A stretch of DNA of 64,000 bases from contig JBGTLG010000006.1 of assembly GCA_041744215.1 (NCBI GenBank), positions 96,001 to 160,000 of the forward strand, in the 5' to 3' direction. How positions within the stretch are numbered: the first letter of the stretch is position 1; the number at the start of each line of letters is the position of its first letter. Positions 8,561 through 17,952 of the stretch are shown here, one piece after another. The position numbers were made by a program, and so were the translations under genes. The DNA comes from Fimbriimonadales bacterium. Its GTDB lineage: Bacteria; Armatimonadota; Fimbriimonadia; Fimbriimonadales; ATM1. Under the pieces are notes generated by a model. It saw only the letters and a program-made list of their open reading frames with translations. It made no database searches and was not told the DNA's origin.

Positions 8561-8588
8561 GGGAACTTTCGGTGTGCCTGCCATGTTG
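8561..8588 (+). promoter_or_regulatory. putative ECF promoter GGGAAC-N18-GTTG
   Basis: GGGAAC 8561-66 and GTTG 8585-88; same layout repeated at 8706. Confidence 0.6.
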
Positions 8589-8594
8589 GAATAG

Positions 8595-8683
8595 TCGGAA
8601 TAAGCAGGAAAGCTCGCTTTTTCAACGCATCCTCTCCTCAACGCTCCGGCCGGAATTCTCCTCTCGGCCGGAGCGATTTTTTT
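8595..8683 (+). ncRNA. candidate anti-SD sRNA 1
   Basis: CATCCTCTCCTCAA, then stem CGCTCCGGCCG/CGGCCGGAGCG with a CU-rich loop and a T7 tract; 5' end approximate. Confidence 0.6.
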
Positions 8684-8705
8684 CCTACTGACCAAAAGTC
8701 CCGGA

Positions 8706-8733
8706 GGGAACCACTTTCCCCGGCCGACTGTTG
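8706..8733 (+). promoter_or_regulatory. putative ECF promoter GGGAAC-N18-GTTG
   Basis: GGGAAC 8706-11 and GTTG 8730-33, followed by AATAG as in copy 1. Confidence 0.6.
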
Positions 8734-8739
8734 AATAGG

Positions 8740-8860
8740 CTGTCAGCGGAGCAACGGGAAGGGAAATATAAGTAACAGTTTTCATCCTCATCCTCCTCTC
8801 CTCCAATAACTCCGGCGCCTTACTCCTCCCTCTCCTCTCAGGCGCCGGAGTCCTTTCTTT
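8740..8860 (+). ncRNA. candidate anti-SD sRNA 2 (paralog of sRNA 1)
   Basis: CATCCTCATCCTCCTCTCCTCCAA, stem ACTCCGGCGCCT/AGGCGCCGGAGT, loop TACTCCTCCCTCTCCTCTC and TTTCTTT tail; 5' end approximate. Confidence 0.6.
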
Positions 8861-8913
8861 GGTTTAGTCTGCCCGAAGGATTCGGCATGCGACGCGTCGA
8901 AAGCATTCAAGTT

Positions 8914-10053
8914 ATGAATGACTTTGCGTCGGCTTCTTCGCTCTCAAACCTCATGCTTCGCCGCCAGGGCCGCACTCGTCGGGTTTCCAGTTGGGATCAA
9001 ACCGGGGGCAACCACGACTGGGTTAAGTTTGAGCCTCGCGAAAGCAAGGTCCTTGCAGAAGTGGAAGGCGCAGGAGTGATTCGGCACATATGGTTTACGA
9101 TTAACCATCGCGACAGGATGTACCTTCGCAACATGGTTTTGAAGGCGTACTGGGACGGCAGCGATGATCCAAGCATTTTATCGCCGGTCGGAGACTTCTT
9201 CTGTCTTGGGCACGGCATCAACAACAGCTTTGAAAATGCTGCGTTTAACGCTGTGGCGCATCAGGATTTGCATGGCGAAGTTGGAGGAGGCGTTGCCCTA
9301 AACTGCTACTTCCAAATGCCATTTGCACAAGGAATGCGAATCGAGATTGAGAACGAAAGCGACGAACTTTGCGATTCCTTCTACTACTATGTCGACTACG
9401 ATGAACTGCCGTCGCTTGGAGATGAGGTTCTGCGATTTCACGCGCACTATCGTCAAGAGTTTCCGACAACCGTCGACGGTGGCACTCTCGCATCGAAGGG
9501 TGAACATTATTGGGACAAGATGGCAGAACCTAACATCACAGGTGATGGCAACTACCTGATCATGGAAACACAAGGCGCAGGGCACTTCGCCGGTTGCGTC
9601 CTTTCGGTGGAGAACATCGACCCGATGATGCCGAAACGCGCGTTTGGCGATGTCGAGATGGTTGTTCCGGAACTGACTTGGTGGGGGGAAGGCGATGACA
9701 TGATTTGGATCGACGACGATACGTGGCCGCCAAGTCTGCATGGCACAGGTAGCGAGGACTACTTGACCCACGCATGGGGAATGCACGAAGATGCATGTCT
9801 CTACGGAGGCACAACCATTCATGAACATAGCAAGAAACACCCGAATCGAAAGGCATGTACGAGCTATCGACTGCATGTGCTCGACCCCATCCTCTTTGAG
9901 AAGAGAATAAAGGTCGCGATTGAGCACGGCCACGCGAACTTGCAGCAGAACAACTATTCCTCGGTCGCGTATTGGTATCAAACACCGGTCTCAGCGAGGC
10001 TGCCTGAGCTGCCAAAAGCCGAAGATCGGATACCTCTTTTTTATCGGAAGTGA
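8914..10053 (+). CDS. DUF2961 / glycoside hydrolase family 172 protein
   Basis: SSWDQTGGNHD, GAGVIRHIWFT, WWGEGDD, HGTGSEDY and SSVAYWYQ motifs. Confidence 0.85.
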   Translation: MNDFASASSLSNLMLRRQGRTRRVSSWDQTGGNHDWVKFEPRESKVLAEVEGAGVIRHIWFTINHRDRMYLRNMVLKAYWDGSDDPSILSPVGDFFCLGHGINNSFENAAFNAVAHQDLHGEVGGGVALNCYFQMPFAQGMRIEIENESDELCDSFYYYVDYDELPSLGDEVLRFHAHYRQEFPTTVDGGTLASKGEHYWDKMAEPNITGDGNYLIMETQGAGHFAGCVLSVENIDPMMPKRAFGDVEMVVPELTWWGEGDDMIWIDDDTWPPSLHGTGSEDYLTHAWGMHEDACLYGGTTIHEHSKKHPNRKACTSYRLHVLDPILFEKRIKVAIEHGHANLQQNNYSSVAYWYQTPVSARLPELPKAEDRIPLFYRK

Positions 10054-10138
10054 TGCATCGCCCGCCTGCCCTGCGGCGGCCGACTGCTGACCAGTTCGGA
10101 ATGCGTTGGGACACCGGAGTAAGTCAAACTCGTTCCCG

Positions 10139-10540
10139 ATGACAGCTCCGCGACGCGAACTGATCGTTTTATTCGATGGCGAATGCAACTTGTGCAATCG
10201 CAGTGTGCAGTTCATCATTCGCCGAGATCGCCGGGGAAGGTTTAAGTTTGCGCCGTTACAATGGGCGATAGCAAAACAGCTGACCGAACGCACAGAAAGC
10301 GCTGGCTCGATGCTGCTCATCGAGAACGGGAAAACTCATAGAGAATCGACCGCCGCGCTTCGCATCTGTAAGAACTTGCGATTTCCGTGGCCGATCCTCT
10401 CTGCGCTCATTGTCATACCTCGTCCCATTCGAGACTTCGCGTATCGTTGGATCGCGCGAAATCGATATCGCTGGTTTGGAAAGAGAGAAGCGTGCATGGT
10501 TCCGACCGAGGAACTCTCCGCACGCTTCCTCTCCGAGTGA
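10139..10540 (+). CDS. DCC family thiol-disulfide oxidoreductase (DUF393)
   Basis: FDGECNLC and AYRWIARNRYRWFG motifs. Confidence 0.9.
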   Translation: MTAPRRELIVLFDGECNLCNRSVQFIIRRDRRGRFKFAPLQWAIAKQLTERTESAGSMLLIENGKTHRESTAALRICKNLRFPWPILSALIVIPRPIRDFAYRWIARNRYRWFGKREACMVPTEELSARFLSE

Positions 10541-10645
10541 TGGGTCTCATTCGCCGGGAGTCGCTCACTGCGATTGACGTGCCGGTGTAAGGTCCGGTGG
10601 GGTAGTCTCGACCCGCCGCCGCGAGGCGCGCAAGGAGAGAGACGA

Positions 10646-11086
10646 ATGGATGTCAGCAGTGCAATTACAGCGAGTTTCGGAAAAGGTCTGACTGAAGAGC
10701 AGATTGCGAGGATCGCCGATCTCGCTGAAGTGAAGGACTTTATGGGCGGGGACACCATCGTCCGTCAATTCGATGGCGGCTCAGACCTCGCGCTCATTCT
10801 CGACGGCTCTGCGCGAGTCAAAACTTTCCAAGGTGAAGAGATCGCAGAACTCGGAGTGGGAAGCGTCGTCGGTGAGATTTCCCTGATTGACGATCAGCCC
10901 AGGTCCGCGACGGTGGTGAGTGTGCGCGGCACCAAAGTAGCGTTCGTGCCCGCAGCAAGCCTTCGCGAATTGATGAGCTCGGATCCTGCTCTCGAAGCTG
11001 GGATACTTAGGAACATTTGCAAGACCCTCTGCGCGAGACTGCGACACGCGACGATCCATCTTGACGGCCTGATGGTCCGATCCTGA
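10646..11086 (+). CDS. stand-alone cyclic nucleotide-binding domain protein
   Basis: GEISLIDDQPRSATV motif; no C-terminal HTH. Confidence 0.85.
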   Translation: MDVSSAITASFGKGLTEEQIARIADLAEVKDFMGGDTIVRQFDGGSDLALILDGSARVKTFQGEEIAELGVGSVVGEISLIDDQPRSATVVSVRGTKVAFVPAASLRELMSSDPALEAGILRNICKTLCARLRHATIHLDGLMVRS

Positions 11087-11219
11087 ACCTCACCCGTCAG
11101 CCACCATGCACTCCATTTGGAAGTAAACGGATGCACACGGTTCGCCATGCGCGACCCCGCATCGTGGTTGGGTTGGTGCCAAAGGAAACTGCGTCCCGTT
11201 CATCGAATCTCCCCAACTT

Positions 11220-12485
11220 GTGACACACAAGACCCGCTCCCTCGGTTGGCAACTCGGCATGGCCGCATATTGGTTTGCCACTTCGATGAAGTGGTTCACG
11301 ATGTTTTTGCTCCTTGGCTTGGTCGTCAAGGAACTGGTTCCAGGTGGCGAAGAAGGAACGCTATGGGGTCGCGTAGTCTTTGCTGGAGCCTGTTGGGCGG
11401 CGATCGGGCCTGCGATCTTTGGATACCTCAGCGATCGAACTCGCTCGAGATATGGCCGTTGGCGACCTTTTGTCGTTGTTGGTTCAGGACTCACTGTTGT
11501 CGCGCTTCTTGTACTCGCGAAAGCTGATCAGTACTGGGTGATTGTCGCGGGTTACTTCATGCTGCAGGTCGCAGACGATCTCGCCACAGGGCCGTACAGT
11601 CAGCTTGTTCCTGGTCTCGTCCCGAAAGAGCAGCGTGGCCGAGCCAGCGGAATCATTGGTCTCGTGGAGTTTGCAGCGCAACTTGTGGCAGTAGGCATTG
11701 CGTTGACGTTGCGCGACATCCAACTCTCCTTTATCGTGATAGCGGGCGTTAATGTGGTCTGCGCTTCGATCACGATCTTCACAGTAAAGGAAGACCCAGC
11801 TCTCGTTGATTCCGAAAAGACGCCAATATGGAAAGCGATTACTGCACCGTGGAAATCGAGGGACTTCGCGTGGGCTTGGGCAACTAGGTTCTTGAACGCT
11901 CTGGGCTTCTACTTGGTGTTGACCTATCTCGCACTCTTCTTAGCAACCACGTTCACGGAGTTCTCGATCTTCGGCTTTGAAGTCGCGAAGGTAGACCAGG
12001 AGACAACTCCCACGCAAGCCGCGACGACAGCAGTGCTGGTGTTGGCATTGCTCATTGCATTGTGCGGCGCTGCCGGCTCCGTCATCGGTGGCCGTTCTGC
12101 CGACAAGTTCGGGCGTAAACGTGTCATTTATGTTGCAGGAACAACGATGGGTGTCCTGCTCGTCCCGTTCGCGCTGTTTCATTCCTTCACGCTCACGGTT
12201 TGTCTTGCGGTCGTGTTCGGCTTGGCGTATGGCGCGTTCGTTAGCGCGAATTGGGCGCTCGTCTCGGATGTTCTGCCAAGCCAAAATGACCTTGCCAAAG
12301 ATATGGGTATATGGCAGTCAAGCATCGCCATGCCGCAGATCGTCGTGGGCTTATTGGGGATGGGCGTGGATTGGGGGAATCGCACGTACGGGGCCGGAGT
12401 CGGCTACACGCTAATCTTTCTCGTCGCTTCGGTCGCCTACTTCACTTCGACAATTCTCGTGCGCAAAATCAAGCACACGATGTAG
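11220..12485 (+). CDS. MFS transporter
   Basis: About 12 TM segments; GYLSDRTRSRYGRWRPF and GRSADKFGRK motif A. Confidence 0.88.
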   Translation: MTHKTRSLGWQLGMAAYWFATSMKWFTMFLLLGLVVKELVPGGEEGTLWGRVVFAGACWAAIGPAIFGYLSDRTRSRYGRWRPFVVVGSGLTVVALLVLAKADQYWVIVAGYFMLQVADDLATGPYSQLVPGLVPKEQRGRASGIIGLVEFAAQLVAVGIALTLRDIQLSFIVIAGVNVVCASITIFTVKEDPALVDSEKTPIWKAITAPWKSRDFAWAWATRFLNALGFYLVLTYLALFLATTFTEFSIFGFEVAKVDQETTPTQAATTAVLVLALLIALCGAAGSVIGGRSADKFGRKRVIYVAGTTMGVLLVPFALFHSFTLTVCLAVVFGLAYGAFVSANWALVSDVLPSQNDLAKDMGIWQSSIAMPQIVVGLLGMGVDWGNRTYGAGVGYTLIFLVASVAYFTSTILVRKIKHTM

Positions 12486-12497
12486 CACAATACTCTC

Positions 12498-13814
12498 GTG
12501 ACGGGTTTCGATGACATTATCTGCGCGCCAATAACGGGTCCGTTCCGCGCGCCGGTCGCGCTGATTCGGGTATCGGGTGGAGGCAGTTGGAAGATCGCCA
12601 CGAGCATCTTCACACCATTGCCTAGCAAACCAATACCGCGCAACGCTTACTATGGCGATATACTCATTGAAGGCGAGCGCTACGACGACGGACTGCTTGT
12701 GCTCTTCGAGCAAGGGCAAAGTTATACCGAGGAGGAATCATTCGAGATCAGCTGCCACGGGAGCCCTCAAATCGTACGCGCTGTGTTGGCTGAAATCGCA
12801 CGCCTGGGGGGGAGGTTCGCGCGCCCAGGCGAGTTCACTGAGCGCGCATTCCTGAACGGTCGCATCGATCTGACACAAGCCGAGGCAATCCGCGAAGCGA
12901 TCGATTCTGCAACTGATGCGCAAGCGCGACGCGCGAATCTAATCCGTCAGGGTCAATTGGCCAAAACCGTGGGCGAGATAGAGAGCGACATTGCAACCGT
13001 ACTCGCTCAAGCGGAAGCAACGGTTGACTTCTCTGAAGAGATTGGCGAGTTAGATCGAGATGCTGCGATCCACTCGATTCAAAACACGATTCGCAAGATG
13101 GACAAGCTATTGGCACGACGACAAACGGCGCGACTCATTCGCGAAGGGCTCCGTGTTGCCCTCGTCGGGCGACCTAACGTTGGGAAATCGTCGCTGATGA
13201 ACGCCATGCTCGGACTTGACCGCGCCATTGTGACGGAGATTCCGGGAACCACTCGAGACACGATCGAAGAAACGCTTTCCATTGGTGGCTTTCCTGTCGT
13301 GTTGACCGACACAGCAGGTCTCCGATCAACGGACGATCCCATAGAGCAGATTGGTGTTGAGCGGTCGCGGCGCGCAGTACAACTCGCAGACGAAGTTTGG
13401 TTTTTGATTGAAGCGCCAAAAGGAATAACGACGGAGGACCAAGCGTTGCTTGACGCGATCGGACGCGAAGTGGTCATGGTCGCGAACAAGGCGGATCTCG
13501 GCTCGCAGGTGAGTGGCCAGATCGTCGTTTCCGCAATCACAGGCGAAGGCCTGGAATCGCTGGAGAGGCACGTGCTCGAGCGATTTGCCGCCGGAGACGA
13601 ACTCCCGCTTACAAATGAGCGCCACCACGAAGACCTTGAACTTGCGAAGCAGTCTCTCCACTTCGCCGCCGAAACCCTTTCCAGCGACCTGCCCACCGAT
13701 GTGGCGTGCGTCGACCTCCGAGGTGCCTTGCAGGCGGTTGGCCGAATCACGGGGACGACTGCAACCGACGAGGTCCTCGACCGGGTCTTCCGCGACTTCT
13801 GCATAGGAAAGTGA
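12498..13814 (+). CDS. mnmE: tRNA modification GTPase MnmE
   Basis: GEFTERAFLNGRIDL, GRPNVGKSS, DTAG and C-terminal FCIGK. Confidence 0.96.
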   Translation: MTGFDDIICAPITGPFRAPVALIRVSGGGSWKIATSIFTPLPSKPIPRNAYYGDILIEGERYDDGLLVLFEQGQSYTEEESFEISCHGSPQIVRAVLAEIARLGGRFARPGEFTERAFLNGRIDLTQAEAIREAIDSATDAQARRANLIRQGQLAKTVGEIESDIATVLAQAEATVDFSEEIGELDRDAAIHSIQNTIRKMDKLLARRQTARLIREGLRVALVGRPNVGKSSLMNAMLGLDRAIVTEIPGTTRDTIEETLSIGGFPVVLTDTAGLRSTDDPIEQIGVERSRRAVQLADEVWFLIEAPKGITTEDQALLDAIGREVVMVANKADLGSQVSGQIVVSAITGEGLESLERHVLERFAAGDELPLTNERHHEDLELAKQSLHFAAETLSSDLPTDVACVDLRGALQAVGRITGTTATDEVLDRVFRDFCIGK

Positions 13815-13846
13815 ATCCGTTGCAACCCCGGAGCGCTCGAGTTTTC

Positions 13847-13890
13847 TTAAGGCATCGTTAACAACAGGGGTAGCGATGCCAATTGTTAAC
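13847..13890 (+). promoter_or_regulatory. possible Pho-box-like repeats / hairpin upstream of pstS
   Basis: TTAAG 13847 and TTAAC 13858 at 11-bp period; inverted repeat GGCATCGTTA/TAGCGATGCC at 13851-13880. Confidence 0.35.
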
Positions 13891-13968
13891 GAAATGGAGA
13901 GGACAGGTCGGTATATTCAGGGCTCTACGGAACAGTCCGTGGGATAGTGCCAACTCAGGAGGTTAGCA

Positions 13969-14976
13969 ATGAAGCAGATTTCAATAGCGGTTTTAGGAAT
14001 CGCGGCGATGGTCGCGCTTGGCTGCGGCGACAAAGGCGCCACGGGCTCAGGCGATACCCTCGGGGGGCGAATCCAAGCAGATGGATCCAGCACCGTCCAC
14101 CCATTCACAGCAGCCTACGCTGAAGAGTTTCGGGCGGAGAATGGTGGAGTCTCGATCACCGTGGGCGAGAGCGGAACTGGCGGCGGATTCAAACGGTTTT
14201 GCCGAGGTGAGACCGACATCAGCAACGCCTCTCGACCGATTAAGCAAGAAGAGATGGACCTTTGCCTGGAGAACGGCGTGGAGTACATCGAAATCCCAGT
14301 CGCCTATGACGCGCTGACTGTCGTAGTCCATCCCAAAAACACGCTCCTCGACACAATCACGGTCGCCGATCTGAAGCGCCTCTGGGAACCTGACAGCTCA
14401 GTCCAGACCTGGCGCGACCTCAACCCTGCGTGGCCCGCCGAGAAGATTCTCCTGTTCGGACCTGGGCAGGCCTCCGGCACATTCGACTACTTCACAGAGG
14501 CGATCGTTGGCAAGGCAAAAAGCAGTCGAACCGACTTCCAGGCCAGCGAGAGTGACAACGAGTTAGTTCGAGGCGTCCAGGGCAGCGAATGGGCGCTTGG
14601 TTACTTTGGGTTCAGCTACTACGACCAGAATCGAGAGACGCTAAAAGCGCTAAAGATCGACATGAACAATGGCGGTGTTGGTCCGAGTTTTGAAAGCGTC
14701 GAGAACGGCACGTATCAGCCGCTGAGCCGCCCCCTCCTCATCTATGTAAACAAGAAAGCTGCGGCGCGCCCAGAAGTCCAGGCGTTCGTTCACTTCATCC
14801 TTGACCCGGCGAACCGCGACATCATGAAAGAAGAGGGCTTCGTGCCTCTGCCTGACGCGGTCTATAATATCGCTCGAGAAAAGTTCGATGCGATGAAGAC
14901 CGGTACGCTTTTCGGGGGCAAGGAAGCCGTCGGTCTGAAGCTCGAAGATCTCCTGAAGGCTGAATCCGGCAAGTAA
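13969..14976 (+). CDS. pstS: phosphate ABC transporter substrate-binding lipoprotein
   Basis: Lipobox LGC; DGSSTV, SGTGGGF, SGTFDYF and YQPLSRPL motifs. Confidence 0.93.
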   Translation: MKQISIAVLGIAAMVALGCGDKGATGSGDTLGGRIQADGSSTVHPFTAAYAEEFRAENGGVSITVGESGTGGGFKRFCRGETDISNASRPIKQEEMDLCLENGVEYIEIPVAYDALTVVVHPKNTLLDTITVADLKRLWEPDSSVQTWRDLNPAWPAEKILLFGPGQASGTFDYFTEAIVGKAKSSRTDFQASESDNELVRGVQGSEWALGYFGFSYYDQNRETLKALKIDMNNGGVGPSFESVENGTYQPLSRPLLIYVNKKAAARPEVQAFVHFILDPANRDIMKEEGFVPLPDAVYNIAREKFDAMKTGTLFGGKEAVGLKLEDLLKAESGK

Positions 14977-14983
14977 GGCGCAT

Positions 14984-15877
14984 ATGGCGGTAGACCGCTC
15001 GTTATCGAATCGCTACCGGCGCGAATGGATCGTTCGCGCCGGTACGTTTCTATGCGCCGCGATCAGCATCTTAACGACACTTGGCATCATCTACGTCTTG
15101 GTATCCGAGTCGCTCGGCTTCTTCAAGGAGGTGTCCGTACTCAGCTTTGTTACGGGAACAAAATGGGGTCCTCCAAATGATTACGGTGTTCTGCCATTAG
15201 TCTCAGGAACGATGATCATCGCCATTCTCGCAGGGTGCATTGCGATCCCACTTGGACTGCTGGGTGCCGTTTATCTCAGTGAGTACGCAAGCGAAAAGCT
15301 TCGCAACGTTGTAAAACCAGTTCTCGAATTGCTTGCAGGAATTCCGACGATCGTGTATGGCTTCTTCGCCGTCACTTTCGTGACGCCGCAGTTGAAGAAG
15401 ATCCTCCCGGATTTGCCTGCGTACAACGCGCTCAGCGGAGGCATTGTCGTCGGGATCATGATCCTGCCAATTGTGGCGTCACTGTCTGAAGAGGCTCTAA
15501 ACGCGGTTCCTCGAAGCCTCCGCGAAGGCGGCTTGGCGCTTGGGGCAACGAAGGGGGAAGTGATTCGTGGCATTGTCATTCCAGGCGCGCTTTCTGGGAT
15601 CATGTCCGCATTCCTATTGGGGCTTGCGCGCGCAGCCGGAGAGACGATGGCTGTAACGCTTGCCGCTGGTCAGCTGCCAAACTTGACGTGGGACATTACA
15701 CAAAGTATGCAGACGATGTCTGCTTACATCGTTACGATTGCGCGAGGTGAGGCGCCAGCGGGCTCAGTCGAGTATCAAACAATCTTCGCCGTGGGGCTTG
15801 CGCTCTTCGTGATCACGCTAACGATGAATATGCTCGCGCAAAAGTTGGTCGCTAAGTACAGGCTCAAGTATGGATAA
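14984..15877 (+). CDS. pstC: phosphate ABC transporter permease PstC
   Basis: ELLAGIPTIVYG and RAAGETMAV motifs. Confidence 0.93.
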   Translation: MAVDRSLSNRYRREWIVRAGTFLCAAISILTTLGIIYVLVSESLGFFKEVSVLSFVTGTKWGPPNDYGVLPLVSGTMIIAILAGCIAIPLGLLGAVYLSEYASEKLRNVVKPVLELLAGIPTIVYGFFAVTFVTPQLKKILPDLPAYNALSGGIVVGIMILPIVASLSEEALNAVPRSLREGGLALGATKGEVIRGIVIPGALSGIMSAFLLGLARAAGETMAVTLAAGQLPNLTWDITQSMQTMSAYIVTIARGEAPAGSVEYQTIFAVGLALFVITLTMNMLAQKLVAKYRLKYG

Positions 15878-16766
15878 CGTAACTGTTCCCAAACAAGACC
15901 TTTCCGCGAGGTTGCCGATCTTCCGAATCTTCAAAGAGCGGCTGTTTGTGGTCCTCTGTATCATTGGCACTCTCTTCGGAGTGATAGCCCTTCTGCTGCT
16001 CTCCTACCAGATCTTCGTAGACGGCGCACAGCGCCTAAGTTGGGATTTTCTATGGGCGATGCCGTCACGCCATCCAGAGAAAGCCGGGATACTGCCTGCT
16101 CTCGTTGGAACGCTCTGGTTGCTTCTGCTGACCACCTGCTTTACTGTCCCTCTTGGAGTTGGCAGCGCGATCTATCTCGAAGAGTTCGCTCAGAAGAACT
16201 GGCTCAACCGCTTGATACAAGTGAACATCGCAAACCTCGCGGGCGTTCCGAGCATCGTCTACGGACTCCTAGGGTTGGCCATTTTCGTCAGGACGATGTC
16301 TCTCGGAAAAAGCCTTGTTGCTGCGGCGCTCACAATGAGCCTCCTCATTCTGCCGATGGTCATAACAGCAGCGCAAGAGGCGATTCGCGCCGTCCCACAA
16401 AGCTATCGAGAAGGCTCGCTCGCGCTCGGCGCCACTCGCTGGGAAACTGTGCGGCATTCTGTCCTGCCCAGCGCATTCTCGGGCATTCTCACTGGAATCA
16501 TTCTTGGTCTTTCGCGCGCTCTCGGAGAAGCTGCGCCCCTAATTGCTGTTGGCGCGGCGACCTTTGTCTCGAATGTGCCCAAATCTCCGGTAGAGGAAGG
16601 ATTCACCGTCATGCCGATCCAGATCTTTAACTGGTCTGACATGCCAAAGCGGGGGTTCATCGAAAACGCTGCCGCAGCGATCATTATCCTGATGACCGTG
16701 ATCATAGTCTTCAACCTCCTCGCTGCTTACCTCCGCGTCCAGGCTAGGCGAAAGACGAGGGGCTGA
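15870..16766 (+). CDS. pstA: phosphate ABC transporter permease PstA
   Basis: NLAGVPSIVYGL and RALGEAAP motifs. Confidence 0.93.
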   Translation: MDNVTVPKQDLSARLPIFRIFKERLFVVLCIIGTLFGVIALLLLSYQIFVDGAQRLSWDFLWAMPSRHPEKAGILPALVGTLWLLLLTTCFTVPLGVGSAIYLEEFAQKNWLNRLIQVNIANLAGVPSIVYGLLGLAIFVRTMSLGKSLVAAALTMSLLILPMVITAAQEAIRAVPQSYREGSLALGATRWETVRHSVLPSAFSGILTGIILGLSRALGEAAPLIAVGAATFVSNVPKSPVEEGFTVMPIQIFNWSDMPKRGFIENAAAAIIILMTVIIVFNLLAAYLRVQARRKTRG

Positions 16767-16792
16767 CGCCCACCCAAGTAAACTCGGCGCGC

Positions 16793-17548
16793 ATGTCGCC
16801 CGAATTGGACTTTGCTATCCAGGTTGCCCGCCAAGCTGGTGAACTGACGCTTCGCCACTTCCGCAAAGGCGCGAGTTTCGATCGCAAACCCGACAACTCG
16901 CCGGTCACCGCTGCCGACCGCGAGGCGGAGCAGTTCATCAGGCAGCAGATCCACCAAAGATTTCCCGATGACGGGATTCTCGGCGAGGAGTTCGGCGCGA
17001 CTGCCGGCGGAGCAGACCGAATCTGGATCCTCGATCCCATCGATGGAACCAAGTCCTTCATCTATGGGGTGCCCCTCTTCGGTGTGCTGATCGGATTGCA
17101 AGTCTATGGGAAGTCCGTCCTCGGCGTTGCCGACTTTCCGGCTCAGCAGGAGACGTACTGGGCGGAGATGGGCTCAGGCGCCCATCGCAATGGCGAGCCT
17201 ATTCGGGCGAGCGAAGCCAAGCTTAACGAAGGCCTCCTGGTCTCCGGGAGCTTCCAATCGATGGTCGCCCAGGGTCGGCTCGACGGCTACTCCAAACTCG
17301 CAGAGCAGGCTTTCGTCGCAAGGACCTGGGGCGATGCATACGGCCACTGCATGGTCGCGGACGGTAGGGCGGTGGCGATGATCGACCCGGTGGTCAACGT
17401 CTGGGACACTTGCGCTGTCTACGCCATCGTTACCGAGGCCGGCGGGAGCTTTACAAACTTCGACGGAGCCGACGGGTTCGGCTTCGGTGAAGCGGTAAGC
17501 GCCAACTCAGCATGCGGAGCGGAAGTCGTGGCCGCATTCAGCAAATGA
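16793..17548 (+). CDS. hisN: inositol monophosphatase family histidinol-phosphatase
   Basis: SPVTAADREAE, GEEFG, DPIDGTKSF, WGDAYG and WD motifs. Confidence 0.8.
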   Translation: MSPELDFAIQVARQAGELTLRHFRKGASFDRKPDNSPVTAADREAEQFIRQQIHQRFPDDGILGEEFGATAGGADRIWILDPIDGTKSFIYGVPLFGVLIGLQVYGKSVLGVADFPAQQETYWAEMGSGAHRNGEPIRASEAKLNEGLLVSGSFQSMVAQGRLDGYSKLAEQAFVARTWGDAYGHCMVADGRAVAMIDPVVNVWDTCAVYAIVTEAGGSFTNFDGADGFGFGEAVSANSACGAEVVAAFSK

Positions 17549-17952
17549 GAATCCTTGGAATCGACTACGGACTCAAGCGGATCGGCATTGCTATTGCCGA
17601 GACGCAATTCGGGCTCGCATTTGCACGCCCTGTGGTTCAATCGGAAGGCAGCGTCGAGAAGGACGCTGCGGCAGTCGCCAAGCTTGCAGCTGATGAGGAG
17701 TGCGCCCTCGTGGTAGTTGGGCTCCCGCTGACCCCGAGCGGGGACGAGGGCGAACAGGCCCAGATCAGCCGGGACTTCGGCGAGGCGCTTGCGGCGGCGG
17801 GAATGACCGTTCACTATGCCGACGAGCGGTACACTACGGCGCTCGCTAACGTGTCACTCGAGCATGTGAAACCTAAGAAGCGGAAGCTCGTTGCAGATAG
17901 CGAAGCCGCCCGGATCTTGTTGATCCAATACCTGTCAGAACGCAATGCATAA
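17545..17952 (+). CDS. ruvX: Holliday junction resolvase-like / pre-16S rRNA nuclease RuvX (YqgF)
   Basis: MRILGIDYGLKRIGIA, VVGLP and DERYTT motifs. Confidence 0.92.
   Translation: MRILGIDYGLKRIGIAIAETQFGLAFARPVVQSEGSVEKDAAAVAKLAADEECALVVVGLPLTPSGDEGEQAQISRDFGEALAAAGMTVHYADERYTTALANVSLEHVKPKKRKLVADSEAARILLIQYLSERNA

Noticed and set aside
8351-8806. Minus-strand 151-aa ORF, or CsrB-like GGA-loop RNA on the minus strand
   Set aside because: The ORF overlaps the foldase gene and looks non-coding. Promoter motifs and U-tracts both point to the plus strand. The CsrA-sponge reading is disfavoured but not excluded.
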